A stretch of DNA of 64,000 bases from Candidatus Poribacteria bacterium (GCA_965198175.1 OZ240245.1:3872001-3936000), one strand, 5' to 3'; positions 9,729-19,840 are shown, numbered from the stretch's first letter. Notes: generated from the letters alone by a model not told the origin. Made by a program: numbers and translations.

Positions 9729-10586
9729 CTATCCGTTTGCTGGGAACTTGTGGAAACCTTCCGGCTTCCGAGACGGGGAATATGCCATTGGCCACCCGCC
9801 ACCCCCTACGAAAGCGGGAAACTCTTTCGCCTTCCCAGAAACCCAGAAAAACATTTCGGCGGCATCATACCAGTCCCGATGTTGCTGCCGAGGAGGGGGA
9901 GAGGGCCAACCGTCCCAATTGTATGGGGCAGTGCCGAAATCAAGGTTTGGCTGGCAGATCCAATCCCGCTGCGGGGGCACTGTTCGCCAGTAACAGTATT
10001 TTAGCAGACTTCGGATGCCACGGGCAGTGGACGCTGAACGCCGATGCCATATCGAATAGACGGTAATAAAAATTGTGCCCGCCGGCGCGGTCGTTTTGAC
10101 CCCACCACGGATACTACTGTAGTGGGACATCCAACTCTGCAAGGCAAAAAGGAAGTGTGACCCCGGCAACACCTCCGTTGGACCGAGTTCCACCGGCGTA
10201 TCTTGAGGATAATAGAACACCTGCAGATGATTCAGTTCTGAACCGTAGTGTGAGCCGCCGTCCCGGTGCCACTGTTGTGTTGGTGCGGGACACTGAACCC
10301 AATGATTACTTGGCCTGATGGGTAGACCAAAGTTTTTGCCGAGCAATGACCGCACCGCCCCCGCCGCTTGCGGATTGAGAAGTACATTCTCGACAAACCA
10401 GTCCTCTCGACCAAGCGGGTTGTCGATAGTGGCTTCAAACGTCCGAAACTTGTGCACATCAATGTATTCACACATTCGTTGGTTGATCGCTTCAGGAACC
10501 ACGCCTTCCAGCACCAAGTACCCTCGTTTGCAGAAATCCAACACCTGGGTATCAGTCAGCGTAGGTTCGCAGTCATATGTTTGCAT
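9729..10586 (-). CDS. PhyH family dioxygenase (tandem paralogue of 8698-9489)
   Basis: QWHRDGG, FYYPQDTPVELGPTEVLPGSH, IWHRR. Confidence 0.88.
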   Translation of the reverse strand: MQTYDCEPTLTDTQVLDFCKRGYLVLEGVVPEAINQRMCEYIDVHKFRTFEATIDNPLGREDWFVENVLLNPQAAGAVRSLLGKNFGLPIRPSNHWVQCPAPTQQWHRDGGSHYGSELNHLQVFYYPQDTPVELGPTEVLPGSHFLFALQSWMSHYSSIRGGVKTTAPAGTIFITVYSIWHRRSASTARGIRSLLKYCYWRTVPPQRDWICQPNLDFGTAPYNWDGWPSPPPRQQHRDWYDAAEMFFWVSGKAKEFPAFVGGGGWPMAYSPSRKPEGFHKFPANG

Positions 10587-10783
10587 TGGATAAGCTCCAT
10601 TTTTCCAAAATGAACTAGCTCTTCAGGGTTGAGGGAATCGCTGAATAGTTGTTTAGACCACGTCGGCGGAAACCTCAACCTATCTAATAAATCCCGCGCG
10701 ATTGGTGGAGAACCGCGCCACCAGACATATTTAACCCCTTTCCACGCCGGGTCCACATGAAAGTGGAAGAACCAAGATTGTTA

Positions 10784-11800
10784 TTAATGGTCTCGTTCCA
10801 TCTGCTTGAGCCAACCCCAGGTCAAAAGTTGCTTCCTGACAGATGAAACAGAGAAGTCAACTACAAAATCAGGATCGAACCATGCTGGCGAACGGTTTTG
10901 GTCGCCGACAATCGGCAGGTCTTTCCAGTCTAGATTGCCGTTTGCAGGGTGTAATCGGACAAAAGTGGGGGGAAATCCGGGCAGAGCTGCTGCAGCAATT
11001 TGTTTGCCAGCCGGGTCCCAACTCGGTTCCTGATTTCGGTTGCCAAGTTGTTTTGGATCCCCACGGTCACTGACCTTCACCAAATTCCCACCATCTGCAT
11101 CCATCGCCCAAATTTCACCTTGTCCATTTCGAGTGGAAGTCCAGGCAATCTTTGTATCATCTCGCGACCATCTAGGTTGGAAATCTTCGCCGCGAACGTT
11201 TGTGAGATTGTTCAGGTTCCCCCCATTTGCATCCATCACCCAGATGTCGCCCAGGGACTTTCCACGTTTGGAAGCGAAGGCAATCTTCCGACCGTCATGC
11301 GCCCATGCGGGGTGCCTGTCCTTGGCAGGATCGTTTGTAATATTCGTCGGAACGTCCCCTCTATTCGTCATCTCATAGATTTCAAAATTTCCGTCCCGAT
11401 CGGTGTGGAAGGCAATCCTCTGGCCGCTAGGGTGCCAGCTCGGCCAGCCATCCTCCGCTTCACCCTCGGTAAGCCTCTGGATCCCTTTCCCGTTGGCATT
11501 CACCACGTAGACATCTGTGTTCGCATCAATTTCCGCATGAAAAGCCAGCTTACTACCGTCTGGAGACCATACCAGACCTAGGGGTACAGGGTCTGCAAGA
11601 ATCTCTAGAATTTTGCGCTGATTCTTCCCGTCGGTGCCCATCAACCAGATACCCGCGCCATTTTCCGGGTTAGTGGAGAACGCGATAGTAGGTTCATTGG
11701 GTGCTTGCGCTCCAGTGTTCACCAAAAGCAGAGCGTTGTTCAAGAGAAGAACGTTGATGTATACAGCGATTCGCACGACTGATTTTTTCCTGATTTGCAT
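10784..11800 (-). CDS. Secreted TolB-like (PD40) beta-propeller protein
   Basis: Hydrophobic N-terminus; repeats WSPDG.K.AF, PSWHPSG.RIAF.TDRDGNFEIY; C-terminal VSSVRKQLLTWGWLK. Confidence 0.85.
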   Translation of the reverse strand: MQIRKKSVVRIAVYINVLLLNNALLLVNTGAQAPNEPTIAFSTNPENGAGIWLMGTDGKNQRKILEILADPVPLGLVWSPDGSKLAFHAEIDANTDVYVVNANGKGIQRLTEGEAEDGWPSWHPSGQRIAFHTDRDGNFEIYEMTNRGDVPTNITNDPAKDRHPAWAHDGRKIAFASKRGKSLGDIWVMDANGGNLNNLTNVRGEDFQPRWSRDDTKIAWTSTRNGQGEIWAMDADGGNLVKVSDRGDPKQLGNRNQEPSWDPAGKQIAAAALPGFPPTFVRLHPANGNLDWKDLPIVGDQNRSPAWFDPDFVVDFSVSSVRKQLLTWGWLKQMERDH

Positions 11801-11948
11801 GGTTATCTTCCCATTCTGCCGGTTTTAGCAATGCTTCGATAGGATCAACGCTATCAGTCTCGGTGCTCAGAAATCTAGAGCAGCTTGGCTTACACCAATT
11901 CGATTTTAAAATTTGGCATTATCGGTTAATCTACGCGTGTGCTACCGC

Positions 11949-12950
11949 TTACTCGTTACGTTCCACCCGCTTGAGCCAACCCCAGGTCAAGACTCGCTTA
12001 TTGCCCGGCGAAACGGAGAACACTGGCACAAATTTGGGATCGAACCAGGACGGTGCGCGGTTGACGCCGCCCACATCCGGCGCCTCAAAGCGATTCTTGC
12101 CGTCTGGATCGGTGATGTAAAGAGAGCTGACTCCACCCATAAAGGCAATGTGGGCAAGTTTCTTGCCGTTTGGCGCCCAAGTTAGGTCGCTCTCTTCCCA
12201 CTGTCCCTCTAGCCCGGCGGCAAATCCGGTCAGCTGAATGGCATTCTCTCCATTGGCGTCCATCACGAAGATGTCTCCGTTTCCATGGCGGGATGAAGAC
12301 CAGGCTATCTTCGAATCATCCGGCGACCATGTAGGCTCGAAGTCTCCGCCTTTATGGTTCGTGAGATTCACGAGATTGGCGCCGCTCGAATCCATCAAAT
12401 AGATGTCTGAAATAGTCCGACCGCGTTTAGAAGAAAAGGCAATCCTTCGTCCGGCGTGAGACCAATCCGGTTGAATGTCCTTAGCTGGGTCGTTTGTAAT
12501 GTTTCTCAAGGCTCTCCCGACAATTATCATCTCATAGATTTCAAAATTACCGTCCCGATCCGTTCCGAATGCAAGACGCTGACCATTGGGGTGCCAGGTG
12601 GGGAAGCTATCCTCCGACTCACTGTCGGTGAGTCTCTGTAGGTTCTTCCCTTCAGCATCCACAATATAGATGTCAACGTTTCCCCGCGCTTCCGAGTGAA
12701 AGGCGATGGAATTCCCATCTGGAGACCAGACCAGTCCAAGCGGCAGCGGATTCCCATCAACATGTAAGAGCGGACGCGGATTGTGTCCGTTATCGTCTGT
12801 TAACCAGATGTTCGACTCGCCGCCATCCGCGGAGAGGACAAATGTTCCTTTGCTAGGTGGTCTCGCCTCGGAATCTACGAGAAACATGGTTGAACTCAAC
12901 ACCAGTAATCCGGTTAATATGCTCCACAGCGTTAATTTGTCAATTCGCAT
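11949..12950 (-). CDS. Secreted TolB-like (PD40) beta-propeller protein, paralogue of the adjacent gene
   Basis: Same repeat pattern (PLGLVWSPDG, TDRDGNFEIY, ITNDPAKD); C-terminal VSPGNKRVLTWGWLK; SD GGAGGT. Confidence 0.85.
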   Translation of the reverse strand: MRIDKLTLWSILTGLLVLSSTMFLVDSEARPPSKGTFVLSADGGESNIWLTDDNGHNPRPLLHVDGNPLPLGLVWSPDGNSIAFHSEARGNVDIYIVDAEGKNLQRLTDSESEDSFPTWHPNGQRLAFGTDRDGNFEIYEMIIVGRALRNITNDPAKDIQPDWSHAGRRIAFSSKRGRTISDIYLMDSSGANLVNLTNHKGGDFEPTWSPDDSKIAWSSSRHGNGDIFVMDANGENAIQLTGFAAGLEGQWEESDLTWAPNGKKLAHIAFMGGVSSLYITDPDGKNRFEAPDVGGVNRAPSWFDPKFVPVFSVSPGNKRVLTWGWLKRVERNE

Positions 12951-13022
12951 GGTGTCGTACCTCCCTTTGCATTGATATTCAGTAGGAAGTGCTTTTTCTG
13001 AAATTTTGTGTAAGTGATTGCC

Positions 13023-13772
13023 TTATACGGTCTGCTGAACCCTTTCCGCCCAAAATGCCAGCATACTTTGCCGCTGCGGCGGAGCGTCTTGATAGAGTTC
13101 GGGCGTATACCAGCCGCCCTGACCACCGACCTCCCAGACGTACCGTACATCTGCCTCCGTCTGGGGTCGTTGCATGAAGTTCAGATACAGTCCGCGACGG
13201 GAACCATCCGGAAAGGCACCGTGATAGGTTTTCACGTTGAAGACAATCACGTCACCGGGCTCGGTCTCGCACGGGTAGGCGCCGGGAACATCCTTGCCAA
13301 GGGGCAAGATGTCGTTGCCGTATGCCTGCATCCGCTCTCGATATGGGAGAAACTGGCTGCCCGGTAGAAGGTAGAGGCAACCGGTGTCCGCTGTGGTCGG
13401 CTCCAGAAAAAGCAATACTTTCAGGTGCGTATGGGTCTCGGTAGAGATGGCGTCATGATGCCACGAGGTTCCAGTCCAGTGCTTAATCGCCTCGGAAACC
13501 GTGAACACAAACCCTTCACCGATTAAGTCCTCAAGCACTTCAATGATGCGGTTATCGTCGAGCAGGCGATTGTAAACTTCAGGATTGTGCCTGAAGAATG
13601 GCAAAACCTGATGACGCACAGGCGCCCGTGACCAAGGCTCCCCACCGTTGGCTCTGATAAGCGTATCTTCGAACGCGTCGGCGTACAACTGCACCTCTTC
13701 ACGCGGCAGCAAATCTCTCATGATGAAGAAGCCGAGCGTTTCAAACCGGTGTTTCTGAACTTCACTAAGCAT
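13023..13772 (-). CDS. PhyH family dioxygenase
   Basis: FETLGF, SWHHD, GCLYLLPGS, PGDVIVFN..TYHGA; SD AAGGAGGT. Confidence 0.88.
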   Translation of the reverse strand: MLSEVQKHRFETLGFFIMRDLLPREEVQLYADAFEDTLIRANGGEPWSRAPVRHQVLPFFRHNPEVYNRLLDDNRIIEVLEDLIGEGFVFTVSEAIKHWTGTSWHHDAISTETHTHLKVLLFLEPTTADTGCLYLLPGSQFLPYRERMQAYGNDILPLGKDVPGAYPCETEPGDVIVFNVKTYHGAFPDGSRRGLYLNFMQRPQTEADVRYVWEVGGQGGWYTPELYQDAPPQRQSMLAFWAERVQQTV

Positions 13773-13844
13773 ATTGACCTCCTTACAGTTAGGGTTCGAC
13801 CACCGAAATCAACCCCAACCCAATCCAAGCGTCTCAACCGTCGG

Positions 13845-14705
13845 CTACAACATTTCTCGTACAAAAGTGTATACTCCCCTCAGCCACGAGGTGTAATAGA
13901 GCCCGTTGGCATACAGGAAATATAGCACTTTCAAACAGATAACACTCAACAAACAGGTCAATAGGAGCACAATCAAGCCCCCATCCCACCATCCCATCCT
14001 TAACACGCGCAACGAAGTGCGATCTCCTGCAGCAACTTCGGGGGAAAACCCACGGCTTTCAACGGCTTCGCCTAGTTGTGTTGCGCGGCGCATGTTGTTC
14101 GTTAAAATCGGACGCAGACTGTTTAAGATGCCCCTGAAGGTGTGAATTAGATTCAGCCGCAAATAGCGAAATCCACGTAGCCGCTGCAATCTGATGACCG
14201 TCATCGCTTCTGAGCCAATGAGCGGAATGTAACGCAACGCGGTAGTTACCATAAACGCCAAGCTATAGGGAACACGCAGTTGAACGAAACCAAGAAGCAG
14301 GTCACGCGGCGGGGTCGTCCAGACTATGAAACAGCCAATCGCGAGCGTTGTGCTGAACCGCAGGGATTGAACCGCGCCATACAATAATCCCTCGCGGTAA
14401 AAACGGATGCCGCCTGTAGCTTCTCCGATGACTAGGAAATCTGCATCTATAAGCGTAAAAATCGGAGTTCGCGGGAATTCGTTGTAGAAGATTGCTTGGC
14501 TGTAGACCAAGCCCCATGTCCCGCATAATACAAACAGTACCAGCAGGCGAATCTGATGCCACGATGCTCGAGAGAATCCAATCAGACAGATACTAGCGAG
14601 AAAACAGACAGCAAGTGAGATTGGACTGTCGAGCAAAACCACCAGACAGCCGACGACTGCTAAGATGACGATTTTCGTGCCGGGATGGAGATACGCGATT
14701 GACAC
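13845..14705 (-). CDS. ecfT: ECF transporter transmembrane T component
   Basis: LHPGTK start, multiple TM helices, ALRYIP, QRLRG and AVESRGF (xRx coupling motifs). Confidence 0.85.
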   Translation of the reverse strand: MSIAYLHPGTKIVILAVVGCLVVLLDSPISLAVCFLASICLIGFSRASWHQIRLLVLFVLCGTWGLVYSQAIFYNEFPRTPIFTLIDADFLVIGEATGGIRFYREGLLYGAVQSLRFSTTLAIGCFIVWTTPPRDLLLGFVQLRVPYSLAFMVTTALRYIPLIGSEAMTVIRLQRLRGFRYLRLNLIHTFRGILNSLRPILTNNMRRATQLGEAVESRGFSPEVAAGDRTSLRVLRMGWWDGGLIVLLLTCLLSVICLKVLYFLYANGLYYTSWLRGVYTFVREML

Positions 14706-14719
14706 ACCACCTCAATTTA

Positions 14720-15709
14720 TCAGTTGAGACCTCTATCTTCTGGCAACCCCAGCATAAGGTTCATATTCTGAATCGCGGCGCCGGACGCACCCTTTCCCAA
14801 GTTGTCTAGCCGCGAACACAGGTTCACGTGGGTGTCATTACTTCCACACACAATAATTTCCAGCCGATTGGTATCGTTGCAACTTACGGCATCTAGGTAA
14901 GAGTACGGTAATACGGGATGACTGCGCAGTGGAGTCTCTGACCACACAGAAACCGTAACAAATTTTTCACCCTGATAATAATCTTTCAAACATTGGAAAA
15001 CGTCATCGAAAGCGATCTTGTATTCCTCCAAGTATTTCCGATGGATTGGGATATTGACGAGCATCCCCTGTCTCGAATAATCCACTGCGGGCAGCAACAA
15101 CGGGGATTGCGTCAATCCGGTGATACCCGTCATTTCTTGGTGGTGTTTGTGGTTGAGATTCAAACCGTACTGTAAGAAATGGTATAACTCCTCTGGTTCG
15201 CCCATCGACTTTTCTGAGAACACGCCCATCATTTTCTTGCCCCCGCCGGAGTAACCAGATACAGCATTCACAGTAAAAGGGTGATGGCGTGGGAAAAGAT
15301 TCGAGTCGATTAACGGCTTTACCGGTGCGATAAACCCTGACGCATAACAACCGACATTGGCGACCCGACAGCTTGCGGCGATTCTTCCTCGATAGTCGGG
15401 ATTCAATTCTGGAAAGCCGTATGTCCATCCGGATGCGGTTCGATGGGCTGTGCTTGCGTCAATAATCTTTATCGGTATCTCTTCGGTTTCGACGAGCGAT
15501 ACCGTTTCCTTTGCGGAATCATCCGGCAAACACAAGAAGACGAGGTCGGATCGGCGAATGCAATCTAGTTTTACAGTATTATCTTTTCGTTTTGCCTCCG
15601 GAATATGAACAATTTCGATATCGCTTCTCGTCTTAATTCTATCGTAAATCTGCAGCCCGGTTGTCCCCGATTGTCCATCGACAAAAATCTTTGGTTTGCG
15701 CACGTCCAC
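14720..15709 (-). CDS. argC: N-acetyl-gamma-glutamyl-phosphate reductase (type 2)
   Basis: IFVDGQSGTTGLQI, FLCLPD, IIDASTAHR, ANVGCY, SGYSGGGK, DNLGKGASGAAIQN. Confidence 0.93.
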   Translation of the reverse strand: MDVRKPKIFVDGQSGTTGLQIYDRIKTRSDIEIVHIPEAKRKDNTVKLDCIRRSDLVFLCLPDDSAKETVSLVETEEIPIKIIDASTAHRTASGWTYGFPELNPDYRGRIAASCRVANVGCYASGFIAPVKPLIDSNLFPRHHPFTVNAVSGYSGGGKKMMGVFSEKSMGEPEELYHFLQYGLNLNHKHHQEMTGITGLTQSPLLLPAVDYSRQGMLVNIPIHRKYLEEYKIAFDDVFQCLKDYYQGEKFVTVSVWSETPLRSHPVLPYSYLDAVSCNDTNRLEIIVCGSNDTHVNLCSRLDNLGKGASGAAIQNMNLMLGLPEDRGLN

Positions 15710-15796
15710 CCCTCCCTCACTCTACTTTCCGTAAATCATTCGCCCGCGACAATAGAAACGGCGGCGACAGAATATCTCCCGTCAGACTCGACAGCA

Positions 15797-17596
15797 TCAT
15801 TCTCGGCGAATCCACTCCACTTTCCGGAACTCACTCATGCCCCCACGCACTCCTCTTGGCGCATAGTCCTTATATTCCCCTCTCTGTTTTTTTAATGCGT
15901 TTGCCAATTGTAACGCCAGTGGCGGAATTAGCGATGCTCGCTCCAAGCGCTCAGGGTCGGCGAAGGCGGCATCGGGGCTTCCGTCGAAGATTAACTCGCC
16001 GCGGTGAATCAGCAGCACGCGATCTGCATATTTCAGCGTGAGATGTGCATCGTGGGTCGAGAAAATTACGGTTTTGTTTCTCTTTGTCATCACGTTAGAA
16101 AGCACGTCCATGAGTTCATGGAGATGAAATTGATCTTGACCCGTTGTGGGCTCGTCGAGAAGGAGGAGTGCCGGATGAAGCGAAAACATCGAGGCGACCG
16201 CCGTGCGTTGACGTTGCCCTTGTGAGAGTGCATACGGCGTCTCTGTCCTGAGATTCGTGAGATCGAACATCTGTAGGGCGGTCTCAAGTCGTTCCGCAAC
16301 CGTTTGAGAGGTCAACTTTAGGTTTTTCGGTCCAAAGGCGACCTCATCAGATACTGTCGCCGCTTGCAGCAGCAGGTCCGGATTTTGAAAAACTAGCCCC
16401 GCCAACCCGGCAAGCTGATGGGGTTTGTAACGCTTAGCGTCTCGTCCGTCGAGAACCACGCGCCCCTCTGACGGATTAAGAAGCCCAAGTATTAGCATGA
16501 GCAGCGTTGTTTTTCCGCATCCGTTTTCCCCCATAATCGCTATCGTTTCACCGCGTCTGACCTGAAAAGAGATACACTTTAGGGCAGCCGGCGACTTCCG
16601 ATGATAACGAAACGTGAGATTTTGTACGTCAATCAACGTACCGTCCGCAGAAGTAGACGTGATGTTAGTCGAGTGTGCGTCACGTAGCTCCGGGCGCTGT
16701 CGCTCTCGGATTGGGTCGGTCGCTGCCCTATCTTCAACCTTCACAAAAGGCGCCGGAAGGATGCCATTTGTATCGTTCCGAAAGCAGAGCAGGGCATCTT
16801 TTAGGGTCAGCGGTCGGTCGGCTAGTCCATTCTCCTCTGCAATCTGTGCAAGTTCAGGCGCCTGAACCCCCAGTTGGCGAAATCGCTCTAGGTGGTAGAA
16901 AGCTCTATCGCTTGGCAGATCAGACACAATCTCACCATTGTGCATCAACCAAACGCGATTGCATAACGGGGCAACCTCATTGACTTGATGCCCTGCGATA
17001 ATCACGGTAGTACCAGCGGTTTCGTTCAGTTGACGAACGAGTTCGAGTAGATGAACCGCGCCCTTGGAATCCAAGTAACTCGTTGGTTCATCAAGCAGGA
17101 GAATCTGCGGCTGCATCGCCCACAGACTGGCAAGGGCTACTCGTTGTTTCTGTCCACTAGAGAGTGAAACAATCGGACGTGCCCGAAATCCAGATAGCCC
17201 AACCTGCGCTAGAGCGGAATCAATCCGCCGATCTATCTCATCCGGCGGCACGTTGAGATTTTCCAGTCCAAACGCGACCTCATCTTCTACAACGATAGAA
17301 AAAAGTTGATCTTCGGGATTTTGGAACAACAACCCAACTTGTTGAGATGTAACATTCAGTGGCTGTTTCGCAACGTTTGACGCGTTGATGCGGACGCGCC
17401 CGGATAACGTTCCGCCCGACGTGTGAGGAATCAAGCCGTTTATCGTTCGCAGCAGCGTGGATTTGCCGCAACCCGTAGGGCCTATCAACAAAACAAACTC
17501 CCCGGAATCGACGCGCGCATTGATTCCCTTCAGCGTCGGTTCGCTACGCCCCGGATAGATAAAACTGAGAGCTTCGATCTCGATACACCGTGCCAT
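15797..17596 (-). CDS. ECF transporter ATPase with two fused ABC domains
   Basis: Two Walker A motifs (GPTGCGKST, GENGCGKTT), two FQNP.D..EVAFG motifs, LSSGQKQR and LSQGQRQR, LLDEPT twice. Confidence 0.9.
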   Translation of the reverse strand: MARCIEIEALSFIYPGRSEPTLKGINARVDSGEFVLLIGPTGCGKSTLLRTINGLIPHTSGGTLSGRVRINASNVAKQPLNVTSQQVGLLFQNPEDQLFSIVVEDEVAFGLENLNVPPDEIDRRIDSALAQVGLSGFRARPIVSLSSGQKQRVALASLWAMQPQILLLDEPTSYLDSKGAVHLLELVRQLNETAGTTVIIAGHQVNEVAPLCNRVWLMHNGEIVSDLPSDRAFYHLERFRQLGVQAPELAQIAEENGLADRPLTLKDALLCFRNDTNGILPAPFVKVEDRAATDPIRERQRPELRDAHSTNITSTSADGTLIDVQNLTFRYHRKSPAALKCISFQVRRGETIAIMGENGCGKTTLLMLILGLLNPSEGRVVLDGRDAKRYKPHQLAGLAGLVFQNPDLLLQAATVSDEVAFGPKNLKLTSQTVAERLETALQMFDLTNLRTETPYALSQGQRQRTAVASMFSLHPALLLLDEPTTGQDQFHLHELMDVLSNVMTKRNKTVIFSTHDAHLTLKYADRVLLIHRGELIFDGSPDAAFADPERLERASLIPPLALQLANALKKQRGEYKDYAPRGVRGGMSEFRKVEWIRRE

Positions 17597-17762
17597 CAAT
17601 GCCTCGAAAAGGTGAGAACCTACGAATCGGGCTAACTATGAGCGGAGAGGGATTTATACCAAATCTGTATGAAGATCGAACATTAGCGATTGTGGGCGCC
17701 TACAGAGTCCTGCCACGTCCATACAATGGTATTAAGGCATGAATGTTAAAGGGGGAATGGTA

Positions 17763-19730
17763 CTAGGCATTTAGCGCGATCGGAACGCCAAGTTGATCCA
17801 ATTGTGATTTCACAGACAGTTTGAATGAATCGAGAGAGTCTTCCAGATGATCTCTGAAATCGTGGTGAACCCGTTCATATTGCGCCTCTACCCGCGTGAG
17901 AAGCTCGTGCGCCCGGGCACCGATTGTCTCGATCCGATTACTTTGAGACTTCGCGAACCGAGACGCGGTTTCCTTAAACACGCGCAATTCAACGTCAAGA
18001 TACTGCTTGAACACTGATGCCTGGAAGGAAACGAGCGCGTCGTGAACGCTGTGTCTGAAATCGTGGTGAATCTGCTCATACTGATTGTGCACACGCGCCA
18101 AAAGTGCTTGCGCATACGTTCCAACCGCTCCGATCCGATCGCCTTGGAATCGTTGCGACACTGTTTCTTTGAACGCTTCAGATTCAGACTTCAGGGACTG
18201 TTTGAAGTTGTCAACCGCAACCGTTTGACTCGTGATTTTTTCAAAGTGATACCCATGAATCGCAAGGGTAACCGCCTCCACAATCAGCTTCGGGTGGTCT
18301 ACGATCACTTTCATCAGATATCGGAAGTAAGCGGGACCTTGTTTAGAGAAGAGTTGTCTCCTGATTGACTTGATTAACGCCAACAGCTCAGTTTTCCCAA
18401 AGCTGTGGGATCCATGTTTCACCGGTTTCAGGTGCTTGAACATTGACAGACACCGCTCAAAATAGTTTTTCAGGGTCGGATCATACAGCGTTGAAAGCAC
18501 GCGCTTATATCCGTCAAGGAGCGTTTGCCGATCCATCTCCGTCTTAAAATTCAAGCTGTCGAGCCCGACATTGTTGCCATCCGATTCTCCCAACAGCCTG
18601 CCTTCCTTTTGCAGTCGGAAGAAGAGATCCGTATTTTTCAGAACCGTTAAGAGCCCAACCATTGCCCTCGGGATGCCGACAGTTTGGATAAATTCAATTT
18701 GTGCATCAAAAGCATTTTCGGTATCGTCGTCTAAGCCTAGGATAAATCCAGCCATCACTTCCATGCCTTTTTCCTGAATGCTGCGAACCGCTTTGACGAG
18801 ATAATTGTCCTCACCCTTTTTTGTGTTCTGTTTCTTCTTCATTTTCAGCAATGCATCGGGATTAGGGGTTTCAATGCCCAAAAACACCTCACTCAAGCCG
18901 GCGGCAACCATCGCGTCCATGAGTGGCTCCATGTCGGCGAGGTTCACACTCGCCTCGGTGTACAGGGCGAACGGAAAGTCTCTCTCGTTTTGCCACTTCG
19001 TAACTTCGGGTAATAGGCGCATTGCATCCCGCTTATTTCCGATGAAGTTGTCATCAACAATGAAAAGCGATCCCCGCCACCCGAGATCATGCAGCAATTG
19101 AAACTCGCTTAACATCTGTTCATTGGCCTTAGTGCGAGGAACCCGCCCAAACAGTTTGGTGATGTCGCAAAACTCGCAATCAAACGGGCAACCCCGCGAG
19201 AACTGAAGCGCCATCGATCCATAATTCTGAAGATTGATGAGATCGAAACGCGGTATCGGGGTCAGCGTGACATCCGGCTTTCTCGTCTCCGCATATACTT
19301 CTTTGGCGACCCCGCTCTTCAGATCAGTGAGAAAATCACCAAGAATCTCCTCAACTTCACCATGGAGAAAGTGATTGATTGTTCCACCCGCTTCCTCTTT
19401 GATATTGTCGTAATAAGAGGTCGGATGGGGACCGCCAGCAATGATGGGAACGTCTGCGCGGTTACATCGCCGCACAACGTTATATAACGACTCTTTCTGA
19501 ACAATCATTGTGGATGTTAAGACCAGATCCGCCCAATCGAGATCTGCGTCCGTTAAAGCGCCAACATTCATGTCAACAACTTTGAGTTGATAATCATTGG
19601 GGAACATGCCCGCAACCGTGAGCAGCCCCAGAGGCGGCATTGACGCTTTTTTCCCAATAAATTCTAAAGCGAACTGATAACCCCAGTAGGACGGGGGAAA
19701 TTCAGGATAAACCAATAGCGCATTCGGCAT
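17763..19730 (-). CDS. B12-binding radical SAM protein with DUF4070-like region (HpnP-like architecture) and a duplicated helical C-terminus
   Basis: PPLGLLTVA, GGPHPT, SRGCPFDCEFC (CxxxCxxC), DDNFIGN, FLGIET, GFILGLD. Confidence 0.88.
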   Translation of the reverse strand: MPNALLVYPEFPPSYWGYQFALEFIGKKASMPPLGLLTVAGMFPNDYQLKVVDMNVGALTDADLDWADLVLTSTMIVQKESLYNVVRRCNRADVPIIAGGPHPTSYYDNIKEEAGGTINHFLHGEVEEILGDFLTDLKSGVAKEVYAETRKPDVTLTPIPRFDLINLQNYGSMALQFSRGCPFDCEFCDITKLFGRVPRTKANEQMLSEFQLLHDLGWRGSLFIVDDNFIGNKRDAMRLLPEVTKWQNERDFPFALYTEASVNLADMEPLMDAMVAAGLSEVFLGIETPNPDALLKMKKKQNTKKGEDNYLVKAVRSIQEKGMEVMAGFILGLDDDTENAFDAQIEFIQTVGIPRAMVGLLTVLKNTDLFFRLQKEGRLLGESDGNNVGLDSLNFKTEMDRQTLLDGYKRVLSTLYDPTLKNYFERCLSMFKHLKPVKHGSHSFGKTELLALIKSIRRQLFSKQGPAYFRYLMKVIVDHPKLIVEAVTLAIHGYHFEKITSQTVAVDNFKQSLKSESEAFKETVSQRFQGDRIGAVGTYAQALLARVHNQYEQIHHDFRHSVHDALVSFQASVFKQYLDVELRVFKETASRFAKSQSNRIETIGARAHELLTRVEAQYERVHHDFRDHLEDSLDSFKLSVKSQLDQLGVPIALNA

Positions 19731-19770
19731 AATATACCTCCAACTTATCTTTTCGTAGCAGTGCATCAAA

Positions 19771-19800
19771 ATTATATCACAAGTTAGTGGGTAATCTCAA
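19771..19800 (-). promoter_or_regulatory. Sigma70-type promoter of the radical SAM gene
   Basis: Minus strand TTGAGA-N18-TATAAT with extended TG. Confidence 0.55.
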
Positions 19801-19808
19801 CCTTTTTC

Positions 19809-19837
19809 TTGCGGGTGCACATCCAAAGTGATAGAAT
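19809..19837 (+). promoter_or_regulatory. Sigma70-type promoter upstream of the structured RNA and BamA-like gene
   Basis: TTGCGG-N17-TAGAAT with extended TG. Confidence 0.5.
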
Positions 19838-19840
19838 TAC

